Shown: piece by piece, positions 41,745 to 51,519 of the stretch
Numbering within the stretch: position 1 is the first letter of the stretch
Layout of the letters: every line of letters begins with the position of its first letter
Source of the DNA: Thermoplasmatota archaeon
Lineage (GTDB): Archaea > Thermoplasmatota > Poseidoniia > MGIII > CG-Epi1
Reading direction: 5' to 3'
Assembly (NCBI GenBank): GCA_036148495.1
Contig: JAYYHK010000036.1
Coordinates: forward strand, 2,125-66,124
Length of the DNA: 64,000 bases
Position numbers and translations under genes: made by a program
Notes under the pieces: generated by a model
Databases searched by the model: none
The model's input: only the letters and a program-made list of their open reading frames with translations
What the model was told of the DNA's origin: nothing

Positions 41745-43351
41745 TGGATTTCTCCACCAACTACCGGATAGCCTAATTCGAATTTTTCAAGGGTAAACGG
41801 ATGAATTTCTCCATATCTTAATAATGTGCTACCATCGCTTATTTCTATACTTCTTCCAGGAATATAAATAGAATCTTCACATTCTTTTGGTTCACCTTTT
41901 ATTCTAAGCCTTAGTGCAATACTATCGGCAATCGTTCTAGCTTGAGAAAAGGTGTTTTTGCTCGCAATTTGCATCCAGGCCAGTGATTGCGAATTAGTAT
42001 GCATTTTAACAATATCTCCAATTTCAAAAACTTTCTGTGGTAGTTCTCGATGCTTGTTATTTTTCAGCAACTCTAAAAGGTTGGGTAATATACTTGAGCG
42101 GAGTACATGATAATCTTCAGTAACTGGGTTAGCAACTTCAGTTTCATTTTGGCTATCTCTTCGAGTATACTCATGAAGCATTTTTTTTGAGGTTAATGTC
42201 AGTGTTACAACCTCTTGGAATCCCAATCCTAGCATTATTTCTCTGCAATGACTTTCACGCTTTCTTGAGTCTAACGATTCACCAAATAGTGTCATTTGCG
42301 GTAAAGTTTCAGGAAATTCATCGTAACCAATTCCAATTGATACTTCTTCGAGTAGATCGATTGGGTGTAGAATATCCGCCCTATAAGCAGGTACTTTCAC
42401 ACTCCATTTATCATTTTTTAGTTCAGGCTCCATTCCACATTTTCTAAATGCCTTGAATATAACAAATTGACCGGGGTCAAATCCAAGTAATTTGATAAGA
42501 TATTCATTATCAATTTCGTGGACTCTAGGGTCCATTGTTGGTACAATTTTATTCTCTGAAGGAAATTTAAGTTCAAGTTGTTCAATAGTTCCTCCTCTCT
42601 CAACCAATGCTGCTGCTACTATGTTAGCACATGCATCGACAGCATTTTGGTCGAGTCCAGTTACATCGATTAGCACGTCAGTAGTGTCTTCAGTTATTGT
42701 TGTTAATGCTCCATTTATTATTGGAGGCAATGATGCTACTTCATCGTTTGAATCTTTTATAATTGGATATTTGTTAAATTCAGATAATAGATGTGCGTAT
42801 TCTTTACCTTTCGGATGTTCTTCCAGTATTTCTTGAGGGGTCATTTCATAGTCCTTTTGTAAAGGAACAAATGCAGGTTCATGTGGTGAGCAAATGTCAT
42901 ATGTAAAAGGGCCTTCGATTTTTGATAAATCGTGGATACCAATTGATACTTTTTTTCTTTTCCTTCCTAGAGTAACGTGTAACTTTTCTTGAAGTTCCAT
43001 CAAGCATTTAATTGATATGTCGTCTAGAGTCACACCTCTAACAATTCCACCTGATATACAAGGTCTTATTTCCATTACCTCCTTTGAAATAAACATATGT
43101 GTAGTTTGTGGCTTCACTTCATACTCAATTAAACCTAAACTTTGTTCAGTAAATGATCTAAGTGCTCTTGCAACTCCCTCTGTCGAAAGTAAATCAGGTC
43201 TATCTGGAAAAAATTCAACAATAGCTTCTGAGTCATTTATTTCATCAGGATCAGCGCCTATCTTTGGAATGATATTAGCAAAATCATTCGAAGATAATTT
43301 AACTTTAAGCATACGGTTTAAATCTTCTAGCACTATGTTAATGACTGGCAT
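41738..43351 (-). CDS. pheT: Phenylalanyl-tRNA synthetase beta subunit (archaeal type)
   Basis: The N-terminus MPVINIVLEDLNRMLKV is of B3/4 type, and the length of 537 aa is typical of archaeal PheT. Confidence 0.9.
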   Translation of the reverse strand: MPVINIVLEDLNRMLKVKLSSNDFANIIPKIGADPDEINDSEAIVEFFPDRPDLLSTEGVARALRSFTEQSLGLIEYEVKPQTTHMFISKEVMEIRPCISGGIVRGVTLDDISIKCLMELQEKLHVTLGRKRKKVSIGIHDLSKIEGPFTYDICSPHEPAFVPLQKDYEMTPQEILEEHPKGKEYAHLLSEFNKYPIIKDSNDEVASLPPIINGALTTITEDTTDVLIDVTGLDQNAVDACANIVAAALVERGGTIEQLELKFPSENKIVPTMDPRVHEIDNEYLIKLLGFDPGQFVIFKAFRKCGMEPELKNDKWSVKVPAYRADILHPIDLLEEVSIGIGYDEFPETLPQMTLFGESLDSRKRESHCREIMLGLGFQEVVTLTLTSKKMLHEYTRRDSQNETEVANPVTEDYHVLRSSILPNLLELLKNNKHRELPQKVFEIGDIVKMHTNSQSLAWMQIASKNTFSQARTIADSIALRLRIKGEPKECEDSIYIPGRSIEISDGSTLLRYGEIHPFTLEKFELGYPVVGGEIHW

Positions 43352-43407
43352 CCTAGGTTCCTATTGTGAAGGTATTATAAGGAAATGTGTCGAAAACTAG
43401 TTTAAAA

Positions 43408-43512
43408 CTACTTATTACGCCTTCTTTCACGTTTGCGACGGCGCATTTTTTTCTTACGCCATTTCCAACGCTGTTTTCCGGCTTTTTTCCAAACTCGGGA
43501 GCTTCTCTTCAT
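43408..43512 (-). CDS. rpl41e: 50S ribosomal protein L41e (34 aa); absent from the ORF track
   Basis: The reverse strand encodes MKRSSRVWKKAGKQRWKWRKKKMRRRKRERRRNK*, which matches the archaeal/eukaryotic L41e pattern (KRSSRrWKKKGrmRWKW..KR.RR.KRER). It sits in the pheT upstream gap. Confidence 0.8.
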   Translation of the reverse strand: MKRSSRVWKKAGKQRWKWRKKKMRRRKRERRRNK

Positions 43513-43556
43513 ACTATTAGGATGTTCGCACTCGCCCACTGTATTTAAAATGCGAC

Positions 43557-43769
43557 CTAGTAAGAATCAATAACTATATTTCCATTCTCTACTCTTTTCT
43601 TTGCATCTATAATCAAATCTCCGAGTTCGCTATTATCTTCGGTTTTGAACATTATGCGTACTTTTTTCAGGTTTATTTGACAATTACATCTAATACATTT
43701 CTTAGTTTTAAACTGTAAATCAGCCCCAGTAACAAATCTACATTTTGGGCAGCATATCACTCCAAACAT
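43557..43769 (-). CDS. Small C4 zinc-ribbon protein (DUF1922-like)
   Basis: CPKC...FKTKKCIRCNC followed by KKVRIMF; 70 aa. Confidence 0.5.
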   Translation of the reverse strand: MFGVICCPKCRFVTGADLQFKTKKCIRCNCQINLKKVRIMFKTEDNSELGDLIIDAKKRVENGNIVIDSY

Positions 43770-43843
43770 AATTGTAACATTTTAATTTGGATTAAATAAA
43801 TCTTGTGGGAAGTATTATTTGGCCTTACCTACTTAGCACGATA

Positions 43844-45184
43844 ATGAAATATCCGGAATTTCCCAATCACGAAAAATATACGCAAATTCGTACGATTCTT
43901 AACGGGGATTGTGACGGAGAAGTTTGTGTAAGAGGTTGGATTTATCGAACACGCTCATCAGGTAAGTTAGCCTTTATCGTTTTAAGAGATTCAACAGGTA
44001 ATATTCAAAGTACAGTATCTAAAAAAAATGTTAGTGAATCAGCTTTTTCGGATGCTCGAAAAGCTCTTATTGAGTCCTCAGTTATTGTAAAGGGAATTCC
44101 TGCTAAAGATGATCGAGCTCCAGGTGGATGGGAGATAAGGGCTACAGACTTTCAAGTTGTTCATTTTGCTGAAACTTTTCCAATTACAAAAGATCAGAGT
44201 GATGAGCATTTGCTAAACAATAGGCATTTGTGGTTACGTAGTCAGAACATGGTGGCATCACTTAAAATCCGTTCAACGGTTTTCAAGGCATTTAGAGATT
44301 ATTGGACAAGTAATGATTTTACCGAAATTCAATCGCCGAGCTTTACGACTTCAGCTTGTGAAGGAGGCTCAACTCTCTTTAATGTATCTTATGATGATGA
44401 AAAGGAGAAAACCGGCCAAAAATTTTATGCCCATTTAAGTCAATCCTGGCAATTATATGCTGAAGCTACAATGTTTGGTTTGGAGAATATTTTCACTTTA
44501 GCACCTTCATTTAGGGCCGAAAAGTCTCGAACACGTCGCCACCTAACTGAATTTTGGCACGCAGAAGTTGAATCTGCTTGGATGCACAACCATCAAATGA
44601 TGGAATTAGAGGAAGGAATGATTGTGTTTATCATCGAATCTGTTTTATCAAATAATCGAAAAGAATTAGAAATATTGGGCAGAGATATTTCAGTTCTTGA
44701 GAATATCAAAGCACCATTCGAAAAAATGACTTATGAGGAAGTACTTGGTAAATTGAATTCAATGGGCTTTGATTTGTCATGGGGTGACGATTTTGGATAT
44801 AAGGAAGAGAAAGCCCTTACCCAAGACTTGAAGTCGCCAATGTACATTACAAATTTTCCCAGGGAGAAGGGTTTCTATCATAGACCTGATCCTAGCGATC
44901 CTAGGTCTTTAGTTTGTCATGATTTACTTGCGCCAGAAGGATATGGGGAAATAATAGGAGGAGGCGAAAGAGTTTGGTCCTCTGAAGAGTTAATAGAAAG
45001 AATTCGTGAGGAGGGACTAGAACCAGAGTCTTATGGCTGGTATTTAGATATCCGTAAATTTGGTAGCGTACCTCACTCAGGATTTGGTTTAGGTATAGAT
45101 AGAACAGTCAGCTGGATTTGTGGTTCAGATCACATTAAACATGTCATTCCTTTCCCAAGGACAATGCGTAGAACAACACCTTAG
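43844..45184 (+). CDS. asnS: Asparaginyl-tRNA synthetase
   Basis: The class IIb motif FRAEKSRTRRHLTEFWHAEVE is present; the SRTRRHL signature points to AsnRS rather than AspRS. The C-terminal motif-3 region is GFGLGIDR. The ORF track also offers an earlier start at 43805. Confidence 0.88.
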   Translation: MKYPEFPNHEKYTQIRTILNGDCDGEVCVRGWIYRTRSSGKLAFIVLRDSTGNIQSTVSKKNVSESAFSDARKALIESSVIVKGIPAKDDRAPGGWEIRATDFQVVHFAETFPITKDQSDEHLLNNRHLWLRSQNMVASLKIRSTVFKAFRDYWTSNDFTEIQSPSFTTSACEGGSTLFNVSYDDEKEKTGQKFYAHLSQSWQLYAEATMFGLENIFTLAPSFRAEKSRTRRHLTEFWHAEVESAWMHNHQMMELEEGMIVFIIESVLSNNRKELEILGRDISVLENIKAPFEKMTYEEVLGKLNSMGFDLSWGDDFGYKEEKALTQDLKSPMYITNFPREKGFYHRPDPSDPRSLVCHDLLAPEGYGEIIGGGERVWSSEELIERIREEGLEPESYGWYLDIRKFGSVPHSGFGLGIDRTVSWICGSDHIKHVIPFPRTMRRTTP

Positions 45185-45186
45185 AT

Positions 45187-46146
45187 TTATTTTAAATCTT
45201 TAGCTTGCTTAACCCAATTGTCTCTCTTTACTCTACCTGGGAAAAATTCGATCGCTTCATTAACTTGTTCTTCTAACTCAGGTGTCATGTTTGATATTTG
45301 TTCGTAGGTGTATATGCCTAGAGCATTTAATTTTTGCTCTAAGAAAGGACCAATACCCTTAATGTTTTTTAAATCATCCTTATTTTCTTCATCAGCTGTA
45401 CCAAGAGTTTTAAAATCAATACTGTCTTTTTTTTCTGCAATTCTGGCTAAATCATCTTCTTTGCTACCGCTATCTTTTTTCTCAGCCTTTCTTGGCTCTT
45501 TATCTTCAGAATCAGCTACTCCGTCACCGTCAATATCGCCTTTACCATCTTCTTCCATAGGTCCTTTAATTTTCTCATCAATAGGTCCGGCACCTCCAAA
45601 TATTTCCAATGATCTAGCCACTCTTTTTCTAACGTAAGGTTCAGGATCGTTCAATGAACCAACGAGGGAGTCGCGAGCATCGCTGGAACCAGCAAATCTT
45701 CCCAACCCTTTTGCAGCTTGCCATCTTACGTACATGTCATCATCATCCATGCATTTGATTAGGTAAGGTAGAACAGCCATCCTACCAGTTCGTCCCATTG
45801 CATCTGTGGCTATTCTTCTAGCAAAAGCATCGCCATTTTTTAGTAAGTCATTAACCAGTGGCTCAAGCCCCAGTTCGCTCATATTTTGGAATAATTCTAT
45901 AGCTCCCTTATTCACAAAAGAAGCACTACTTCCAGCTTCGCTTTCTTCATTTTCCAGTATAGTTTCAACAAGATTGTTAGAAATAGAAACCTCACTTAGG
46001 GGTAACATTGCCTTTAGAGTTATGAGTGCTTCATTACGTGTTTCAAAGCTTTCATCTCCTAAATCCTCAATTAAATTTTGTATTCTACCTGATGAGCCGC
46101 CACCAATATTCGAATCACTTTCCATCTTAATCAAACCATTACCCAA
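45187..46146 (-). CDS. HEAT (PBS-lyase-type) repeat protein with an acidic/Lys-rich linker and a C-terminal helix-hairpin-helix DNA-binding motif
   Basis: Repeats of the type ARRIATDAMGRTG...YVRWQAAKGLGRF...YVRKRVARSLE, and a C-terminal IKGIGPFLEQKLNALGIYTYEQISNM. Confidence 0.6.
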   Translation of the reverse strand: MGNGLIKMESDSNIGGGSSGRIQNLIEDLGDESFETRNEALITLKAMLPLSEVSISNNLVETILENEESEAGSSASFVNKGAIELFQNMSELGLEPLVNDLLKNGDAFARRIATDAMGRTGRMAVLPYLIKCMDDDDMYVRWQAAKGLGRFAGSSDARDSLVGSLNDPEPYVRKRVARSLEIFGGAGPIDEKIKGPMEEDGKGDIDGDGVADSEDKEPRKAEKKDSGSKEDDLARIAEKKDSIDFKTLGTADEENKDDLKNIKGIGPFLEQKLNALGIYTYEQISNMTPELEEQVNEAIEFFPGRVKRDNWVKQAKDLK

Positions 46147-46184
46147 TTACAGTATTTAATATTTAAACATCTGTATGGAAGATT

Positions 46185-46874
46185 ATGGCTCCCCTAATTA
46201 TTTCTCACAGAGGTAAGGTCGATTTATCTAGTTCAGAGAATAGTTTAGTTGGGATTCAAGAGGCAATTGATCTGGGAGTGAATATGATTGAATTTGATGT
46301 TAGAAATACAGTAAATGACGTTCTAGTTTGTTATCATGATGAATCAATTAAAGGTAAGCCTATTTCCCACATCGAATACGAGGAAATGAAAGCATTAGAC
46401 AAAGATGTTTGTAAGTTAGAAGAAGTTATTGAACTGTGTAAAAATAAGGTTGGAGTCAATGTAGAGATTAAGGAAGAAGGTTATGAGCAAAAAATTATTG
46501 ATTTATTAGTTCCTAATTTTAGCTACGCAGATATACTGATTACCTCTTTTAAGTCCAAAGTAATTCGAAAAATTAAACTTAAAGACTCTAAATTAACCAC
46601 AGGATTTTTAATTGGAGAGTCACTTAGTTACAACACATTCTACAGAGTAATCAAGGAATCTTTTACGATGAGAGAATTTTTGTATTCTAAGGCAGATTTT
46701 GTGTGTCCATTCTATAAAATTTACGAAATTGGCTTAATGCACAAATTTAAAAAATTAAAAATACCAATCCAGCTTTGGACTGTAAATGATTTAAGTTTAT
46801 TAAAAGATTTAATAAACAGAGATTTCCACTCTGTAGTAACCGATGTATCAGGTAAACTTTTGCAGGAGCTTTGA
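46185..46874 (+). CDS. Glycerophosphodiester phosphodiesterase (GDPD family)
   Basis: IISHRG...ENSLVGIQEAIDLGVNMIEFDVRNTVNDVLVCYHDE matches the GDPD N-terminal motifs. Confidence 0.85.
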   Translation: MAPLIISHRGKVDLSSSENSLVGIQEAIDLGVNMIEFDVRNTVNDVLVCYHDESIKGKPISHIEYEEMKALDKDVCKLEEVIELCKNKVGVNVEIKEEGYEQKIIDLLVPNFSYADILITSFKSKVIRKIKLKDSKLTTGFLIGESLSYNTFYRVIKESFTMREFLYSKADFVCPFYKIYEIGLMHKFKKLKIPIQLWTVNDLSLLKDLINRDFHSVVTDVSGKLLQEL

Positions 46875-46877
46875 AAT

Positions 46878-48125
46878 ATGACTGAGTTAGACTTAGAAAA
46901 AATAAACAAATTTGCACCATTTTGTCTATCTTGCTTGGGTCGCTCAGTTGGATTAGTCGGTTTTGGTCTTGACAATAGAGAGAGAGGGTTGGAAATGGCC
47001 AACCTCATCGAGATATCATCAGGTATTGATACCGACAAAGAATTAATATGTGATTCAGAGGATTGTAAAATTTGTGATGGATTAATTGGGGAAATTGATA
47101 ATTTTATAGATTTATGCTGTGATTCAATATCAGATTATTCCTTAGAAACTTTCAAAATTGGAACTATTGTAGATAAAGACATACTCAACACAGAGTCAGA
47201 ATTTTCAAAAATATTTGGTTTAAATTTATCGGAAACTATCAAATCTCAATTGAACAGAGAAATAGGAATTGGCGTGTTTCAAAATCTTGATATTTCAGCT
47301 AGGCTTGATAGTCCTGACTCAACAATTATAGTTGATACTAGGTATGATACTATTAACCTAGAAATTAAGTCTATTTTTATTGAGGGAAAATACAATAAGT
47401 ACGATAGAACTATTCCACAAACTTATTGGCCTTGCAGTAAATGTAAGGGAAGAGGGTGCAGACAATGTAACAATACAGGCCAATTATACCCAGATTCAGT
47501 CCAATCACTTGTAGCGGCACCTTTCATGAAAGCTACATACTCAACAGAAAATTTATTTCACGGTATGGGTCGGGAAGACATAGATGCAGCTATGTTGGGC
47601 TCAGGTAGGCCTTTTGTTTTGGAATTACGCAGACCTAAAGTTAGGGATATAGATTTAGATAAAATGCAAATTAAAATTAACACAGCAAACAAGGATAGAA
47701 TTCGAGCTTCTGATTTTAAATTAGTCCCTCGTTCAAGAGTTGCGGAGTTAAAAAAAACAGTTTGCGATAAGTCATACAGAGTAGATGTTTCAGTTCCTGA
47801 GGAACTTTCTATAGAAAGGCTTAAGAACGGGGCGCAAAGGTTGAAGGAGAAGCTTGTCAAGCAGCGGACACCGACACGTGTAGCGCACCGTAGAGCAGAT
47901 CTGATACGCCCACGCTTTGTTGAATCGGTAAAGGTTTTATCTTTTGAGCAGGGAATGGTCGAACTAGAAATCAAAGCTCAACACGGAACCTACATTCGTG
48001 AACTTGTTAGCGGAGACATGGGACGTACAGTGCCCAGTTTTTCGTCGCTGGTTGATGGGGCATGTAAGGTAGAGGTTTTGGATGTCCTTAATCTCCATCT
48101 TGAAAACGAAGAGGAAACAAAATGA
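46878..48125 (+). CDS. pus10: tRNA pseudouridine(54/55) synthase Pus10
   Basis: An N-terminal Zn-ribbon with THUMP-like region (CLSCLGRS), a second cysteine cluster CSKCKGRGCRQCNNTG, and the catalytic region GREDIDAAMLGSGRPFVLE. Confidence 0.8.
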   Translation: MTELDLEKINKFAPFCLSCLGRSVGLVGFGLDNRERGLEMANLIEISSGIDTDKELICDSEDCKICDGLIGEIDNFIDLCCDSISDYSLETFKIGTIVDKDILNTESEFSKIFGLNLSETIKSQLNREIGIGVFQNLDISARLDSPDSTIIVDTRYDTINLEIKSIFIEGKYNKYDRTIPQTYWPCSKCKGRGCRQCNNTGQLYPDSVQSLVAAPFMKATYSTENLFHGMGREDIDAAMLGSGRPFVLELRRPKVRDIDLDKMQIKINTANKDRIRASDFKLVPRSRVAELKKTVCDKSYRVDVSVPEELSIERLKNGAQRLKEKLVKQRTPTRVAHRRADLIRPRFVESVKVLSFEQGMVELEIKAQHGTYIRELVSGDMGRTVPSFSSLVDGACKVEVLDVLNLHLENEEETK

Positions 48126-48415
48126 CCAAAAGATCACAAGGATTAAGGAGTGGTTCACGCCACAAGCTTTCACGCTCTTTTAGGGAGAAAGGACTGTCCC
48201 CAATTACACGCTCATTACAAACTTTCGAGGTTGGCGATACTGTCAACGTAGTAATTGATCCTTCATATCAAAAAGGTCAACCACATCACAGATTTCATGG
48301 ATTAACTGGTAAAGTTACAGGAAATCAAGGTAAGGCTTATGTGGTGTCAACACGTGTAGGAAAAATGCTCAAGGAGTTAATAATAAGGCCAGAGCATCTC
48401 AGGAAAGCCAAGTAG
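48122..48415 (+). CDS. rpl21e: 50S ribosomal protein L21e
   Basis: MTKRSQGLRSGSRHKLSR...HHRFHGLTGKVTG...HL, 97 aa. Confidence 0.95.
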   Translation: MTKRSQGLRSGSRHKLSRSFREKGLSPITRSLQTFEVGDTVNVVIDPSYQKGQPHHRFHGLTGKVTGNQGKAYVVSTRVGKMLKELIIRPEHLRKAK

Positions 48416-48424
48416 GAGCAGAAA

Positions 48425-48910
48425 ATGGAAGCAGAAAAACAACCAGAACCAGTACCTTTAGGTGTAGCTAAAGAATTACTCGAAAAAGAATTAAGCTTAC
48501 GAGAAAACCGTTTGAGATGCGTTGATTGTGGCAATTTCCAAGCAGTTCCTGATGTTGAACCAGATACTGAAAAATCAGATGATGATGAATCAGATGAATA
48601 CACAGGTCCTGTTTGTGAAAAATGTGGTTCAAAAAGATTAATGTTAATAGAACAAATACAATATGAGCACAAGTTAGCCCTTGATCATGTTCGTTTGATT
48701 ACTCAGGCTACTCCTGGTCAGGGAGCTCAAATTATAGAGAAAGTTATTGAATTAGAGCATGTTAATGATTACTATGCAGCTAAAATTGTAGATGTTTTAC
48801 CCATGCATGCTGATGATGTAAGGTCTATCTTTGCCAGGGAGCGTTTCTCACTTGGGCATGATGAAATAGATACTATAATCTCTGCAGTAAAGGAGACCAT
48901 GGGGGTATGA
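48425..48910 (+). CDS. rpoF: RNA polymerase subunit Rpo4/F-like (Rpb4 family) with an inserted C4 zinc ribbon
   Basis: The C-terminal IIEKVIELEHV...VLPMHADDVRSIFARER...DEIDTIISAVKE matches the Rpo4 HRDC-like region. It occupies the conserved L21e / rpoF / DUF655 position. An extra CVDCG...CEKCG insert is present. Confidence 0.6.
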   Translation: MEAEKQPEPVPLGVAKELLEKELSLRENRLRCVDCGNFQAVPDVEPDTEKSDDDESDEYTGPVCEKCGSKRLMLIEQIQYEHKLALDHVRLITQATPGQGAQIIEKVIELEHVNDYYAAKIVDVLPMHADDVRSIFARERFSLGHDEIDTIISAVKETMGV

Positions 48911-48913
48911 TTT

Positions 48914-49453
48914 ATGGAAGATTATGCCTACGTTCTTGATGTTTTGCCGGAAGGGAGACCAGATAGCAAAAGGCGATTCAGAAGAGAGCCTTTAGTTTAC
49001 GGTTTAGGTATAGAAGAGTTCAAAATTTTTGATATGCAGCCTATTGCTGGTGCAGCAATAAATATTGGAGATAAATGTTACATTGGTAAAGAAACAGAGG
49101 ATAGAACTCAAATTGACCATGTTAGAGCAAGAGTGAATTATTCAGATTTAACACACACAGCACAAAGTGAACTTAGCTTTGTTCTAGATGAGATTGTTAA
49201 AGATAATGAAGAGAAATTCATACAATTTTATAATCATGCAGGCCCTATTTCTCGTCGTTACCACTCTCTAGAGCTTATTCCCGGATTGGGTAAGAAAACA
49301 ATGAATCTAATTGTGAGTAATAGACCTTACAAAACTTTTAAGGAAATGGAAGAGAAGATCTCAAGTTTTCGCAATCCTGAGAAGTATTTATCTCAACGAA
49401 TTGAAAATGAAATCCGTGAGACTGATCAAAAATATCGCCTCTTTGTGAGATAA
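48914..49453 (+). CDS. DUF655-family protein (archaeal conserved partner of L21e/RpoF; predicted nucleic-acid binding)
   Basis: MEDYAYVLDVLPEGRP... is the typical DUF655 N-terminus. The gene lies in the conserved order after rpoF. Confidence 0.8.
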   Translation: MEDYAYVLDVLPEGRPDSKRRFRREPLVYGLGIEEFKIFDMQPIAGAAINIGDKCYIGKETEDRTQIDHVRARVNYSDLTHTAQSELSFVLDEIVKDNEEKFIQFYNHAGPISRRYHSLELIPGLGKKTMNLIVSNRPYKTFKEMEEKISSFRNPEKYLSQRIENEIRETDQKYRLFVR

Positions 49454-50395
49454 TTATACAGAATAAGTGTATTGTATTGCGCCAGCTATTCGAGCTCTAA
49501 CATCTGCATTACCAGACAAAGAAATTTCTAAAGTCCAATTCCCACTACTTCCAGCTACAGAACCCATAATGTGTTGATTAGTTCCTGGGCTAAAAGTTTC
49601 GATTAGTACTTCGGCTCCTTCATGATCGCGTAGTATTAGCTCCCCGCTTCCAGAGCTGCCTATGTCAGCCTCTAGATAGTATACAATGTAATTCCAAGGT
49701 CCGTATCTTTCATGACCGCCATTCGCAAATTGAGTATCATAGACTCCAAAGTCAGGTCCGATAAATTCTTCATCGAAAAGGTCTCCTCCTCTGCAGAAGT
49801 ATGAATTTCCAGTGTAGCCGCTGCCATAGTTTCCTAGATTCATAATCAGTACTAATTCACCATTAGAGTTTGTATATTCTAAATTATTAAACCATCGTGC
49901 ATTTTTATCAAAAGTATACGCCATGAATGCTCCAGAGTCAGCGTTGGCATTAATCTCAGCTACAGATTCAGTAATGTCAATTACACTTGCTCTGAATTTT
50001 TCACCATACATACTGAATTCCCAGCTCTTGTCCATTTCTAACGGAAAATTGGCAATGTTTTGCGGGATATTGTTCTCGTAGACAGAAAAATCAGACATTT
50101 GAACACGTCCTAATGCAGGATTATAATTAAGGACAGCATGCCTTTTTGCGTCATCGAGATTTCCAGCTCCTACATAGTAGTCCGAATCATCGTCATCTAC
50201 AGAAACGACCATAGTGGTGGAAAATTGCTTATCATCTACAGTAACTGAGTACTCCCAGAAATCTCCTTTATTCCAGTTCGGAGAGTACAAGTACAAGCCA
50301 TCTTTTTCATCACCAAAGAATCCATTTTCTAAGCAACCGCTGCTCACAGTAGTCATGAAAATAACAATTGTTACTATGAATGAGGTCTGCTTCAT
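49454..50395 (-). CDS. Hypothetical secreted lipoprotein-like protein
   Basis: A signal peptide ending in the lipobox-like VSSGC, a Gly/Asn-rich sequence, and no TM segment. Confidence 0.55.
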   Translation of the reverse strand: MKQTSFIVTIVIFMTTVSSGCLENGFFGDEKDGLYLYSPNWNKGDFWEYSVTVDDKQFSTTMVVSVDDDDSDYYVGAGNLDDAKRHAVLNYNPALGRVQMSDFSVYENNIPQNIANFPLEMDKSWEFSMYGEKFRASVIDITESVAEINANADSGAFMAYTFDKNARWFNNLEYTNSNGELVLIMNLGNYGSGYTGNSYFCRGGDLFDEEFIGPDFGVYDTQFANGGHERYGPWNYIVYYLEADIGSSGSGELILRDHEGAEVLIETFSPGTNQHIMGSVAGSSGNWTLEISLSGNADVRARIAGAIQYTYSV

Positions 50396-50419
50396 ATCCT
50401 ATCACTAAAGTACAGTTAA

Positions 50420-51514
50420 TTATAGTTCACTATATCCTTCTAGTTTGAAATGCTCTCTTGCCTCAGATACAGTGTAGAAAGATCCAGTGATTAATGTTTT
50501 TTCACCAGTTGACGATGAAATAGCATCTTTTACGCTTATAAATTTCCTACATTTCACATTAAGTTGATTACATACTTCGTAAATATAATCGGATGAAGCA
50601 CTTCTTTCACTATTTAGATTACAAGCCGATACAGTGCAATCTGCCGGCAATTTAGCTATAAATGCTTCAATGTCTTTATCAACAAGCATTCCCAAGATTA
50701 CTTCTTTGTAGTTATCATCTATTGATAATATGTGTTCTATAGCTTGTTCGTTATGTGCAGTATCAATTGTAAAATTTAGATGCTTTTCTTGTCTACCTGG
50801 AATGTTCATAATAATTGGTTCAACCGAAAATTCGAGTACGTTAGTACACGCCTTAATCCAATCTGCAATTTTCAGTCCCTTGATAATTTTCTTTGATTCA
50901 GGTATGTACTTGTGATATTTTTCGTCCCACCCAGTTATTACTGTGGCGTTTTTTCTTACAATTTTAGCTTTTGTTGCAGCAATTTTTTCTAAGCTATCAC
51001 CTAAATAATCTACGTGATCTAATCCTAGCGTAGTTAAGATTGCAATCTCCGCATCTGCAACATTTACTGCATCCCACTCGCCTCCTAAACCAATTTCCAT
51101 TATAGCATAATCCACATTTTTACTACTAAAATAAATGTAAGCGAGAGCTGTTAAAGCTTCAAAATAGGTTATTCGAAGACTATTCTGTTCAGACAGCATC
51201 TTTATTTTTAATAAATACGTAGCAAACTCCTTTTTGCTTATTATATTATTACCAATTTTAATTCTTTCCCGTACGCTGTGGATATGTGGGGACGTAAAGC
51301 ATCCTATCTTTCTGTTAGTTTGCATTAAAGTATGATTTAGGTTGAAACAAGTGCTCCCCTTAGCATTTGTTCCACCTACTGCTATAATTCTCAGTTCGTT
51401 TTGCGGATTTCCAGCCAAATTCATAAGCTTCTTTATTCTTTCAAGACCTGGCTTAATTTTGTTCTGGTTTAATTCATTTAGCCAAAGTAGTGTTTTTCCA
51501 TATTCTTTAGACAT
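50420..51514 (-). CDS. Folylpolyglutamate synthase / dihydrofolate synthase-like Mur-ligase family protein
   Basis: The P-loop VGGTNAKGST is present, and the length of 364 aa fits the family. Confidence 0.75.
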   Translation of the reverse strand: MSKEYGKTLLWLNELNQNKIKPGLERIKKLMNLAGNPQNELRIIAVGGTNAKGSTCFNLNHTLMQTNRKIGCFTSPHIHSVRERIKIGNNIISKKEFATYLLKIKMLSEQNSLRITYFEALTALAYIYFSSKNVDYAIMEIGLGGEWDAVNVADAEIAILTTLGLDHVDYLGDSLEKIAATKAKIVRKNATVITGWDEKYHKYIPESKKIIKGLKIADWIKACTNVLEFSVEPIIMNIPGRQEKHLNFTIDTAHNEQAIEHILSIDDNYKEVILGMLVDKDIEAFIAKLPADCTVSACNLNSERSASSDYIYEVCNQLNVKCRKFISVKDAISSSTGEKTLITGSFYTVSEAREHFKLEGYSEL

Positions 51515-51519
51515 ACTAA

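Noticed and set aside
43805-43843. Longer AsnRS N-terminus (MGSIIWPYLLSTI...)
   Set aside because: The hydrophobic 13-aa extension is unlike AsnRS N-termini, and the ATG at 43844 (MKYPEF) leaves a normal promoter gap. It is kept as an alternative only.
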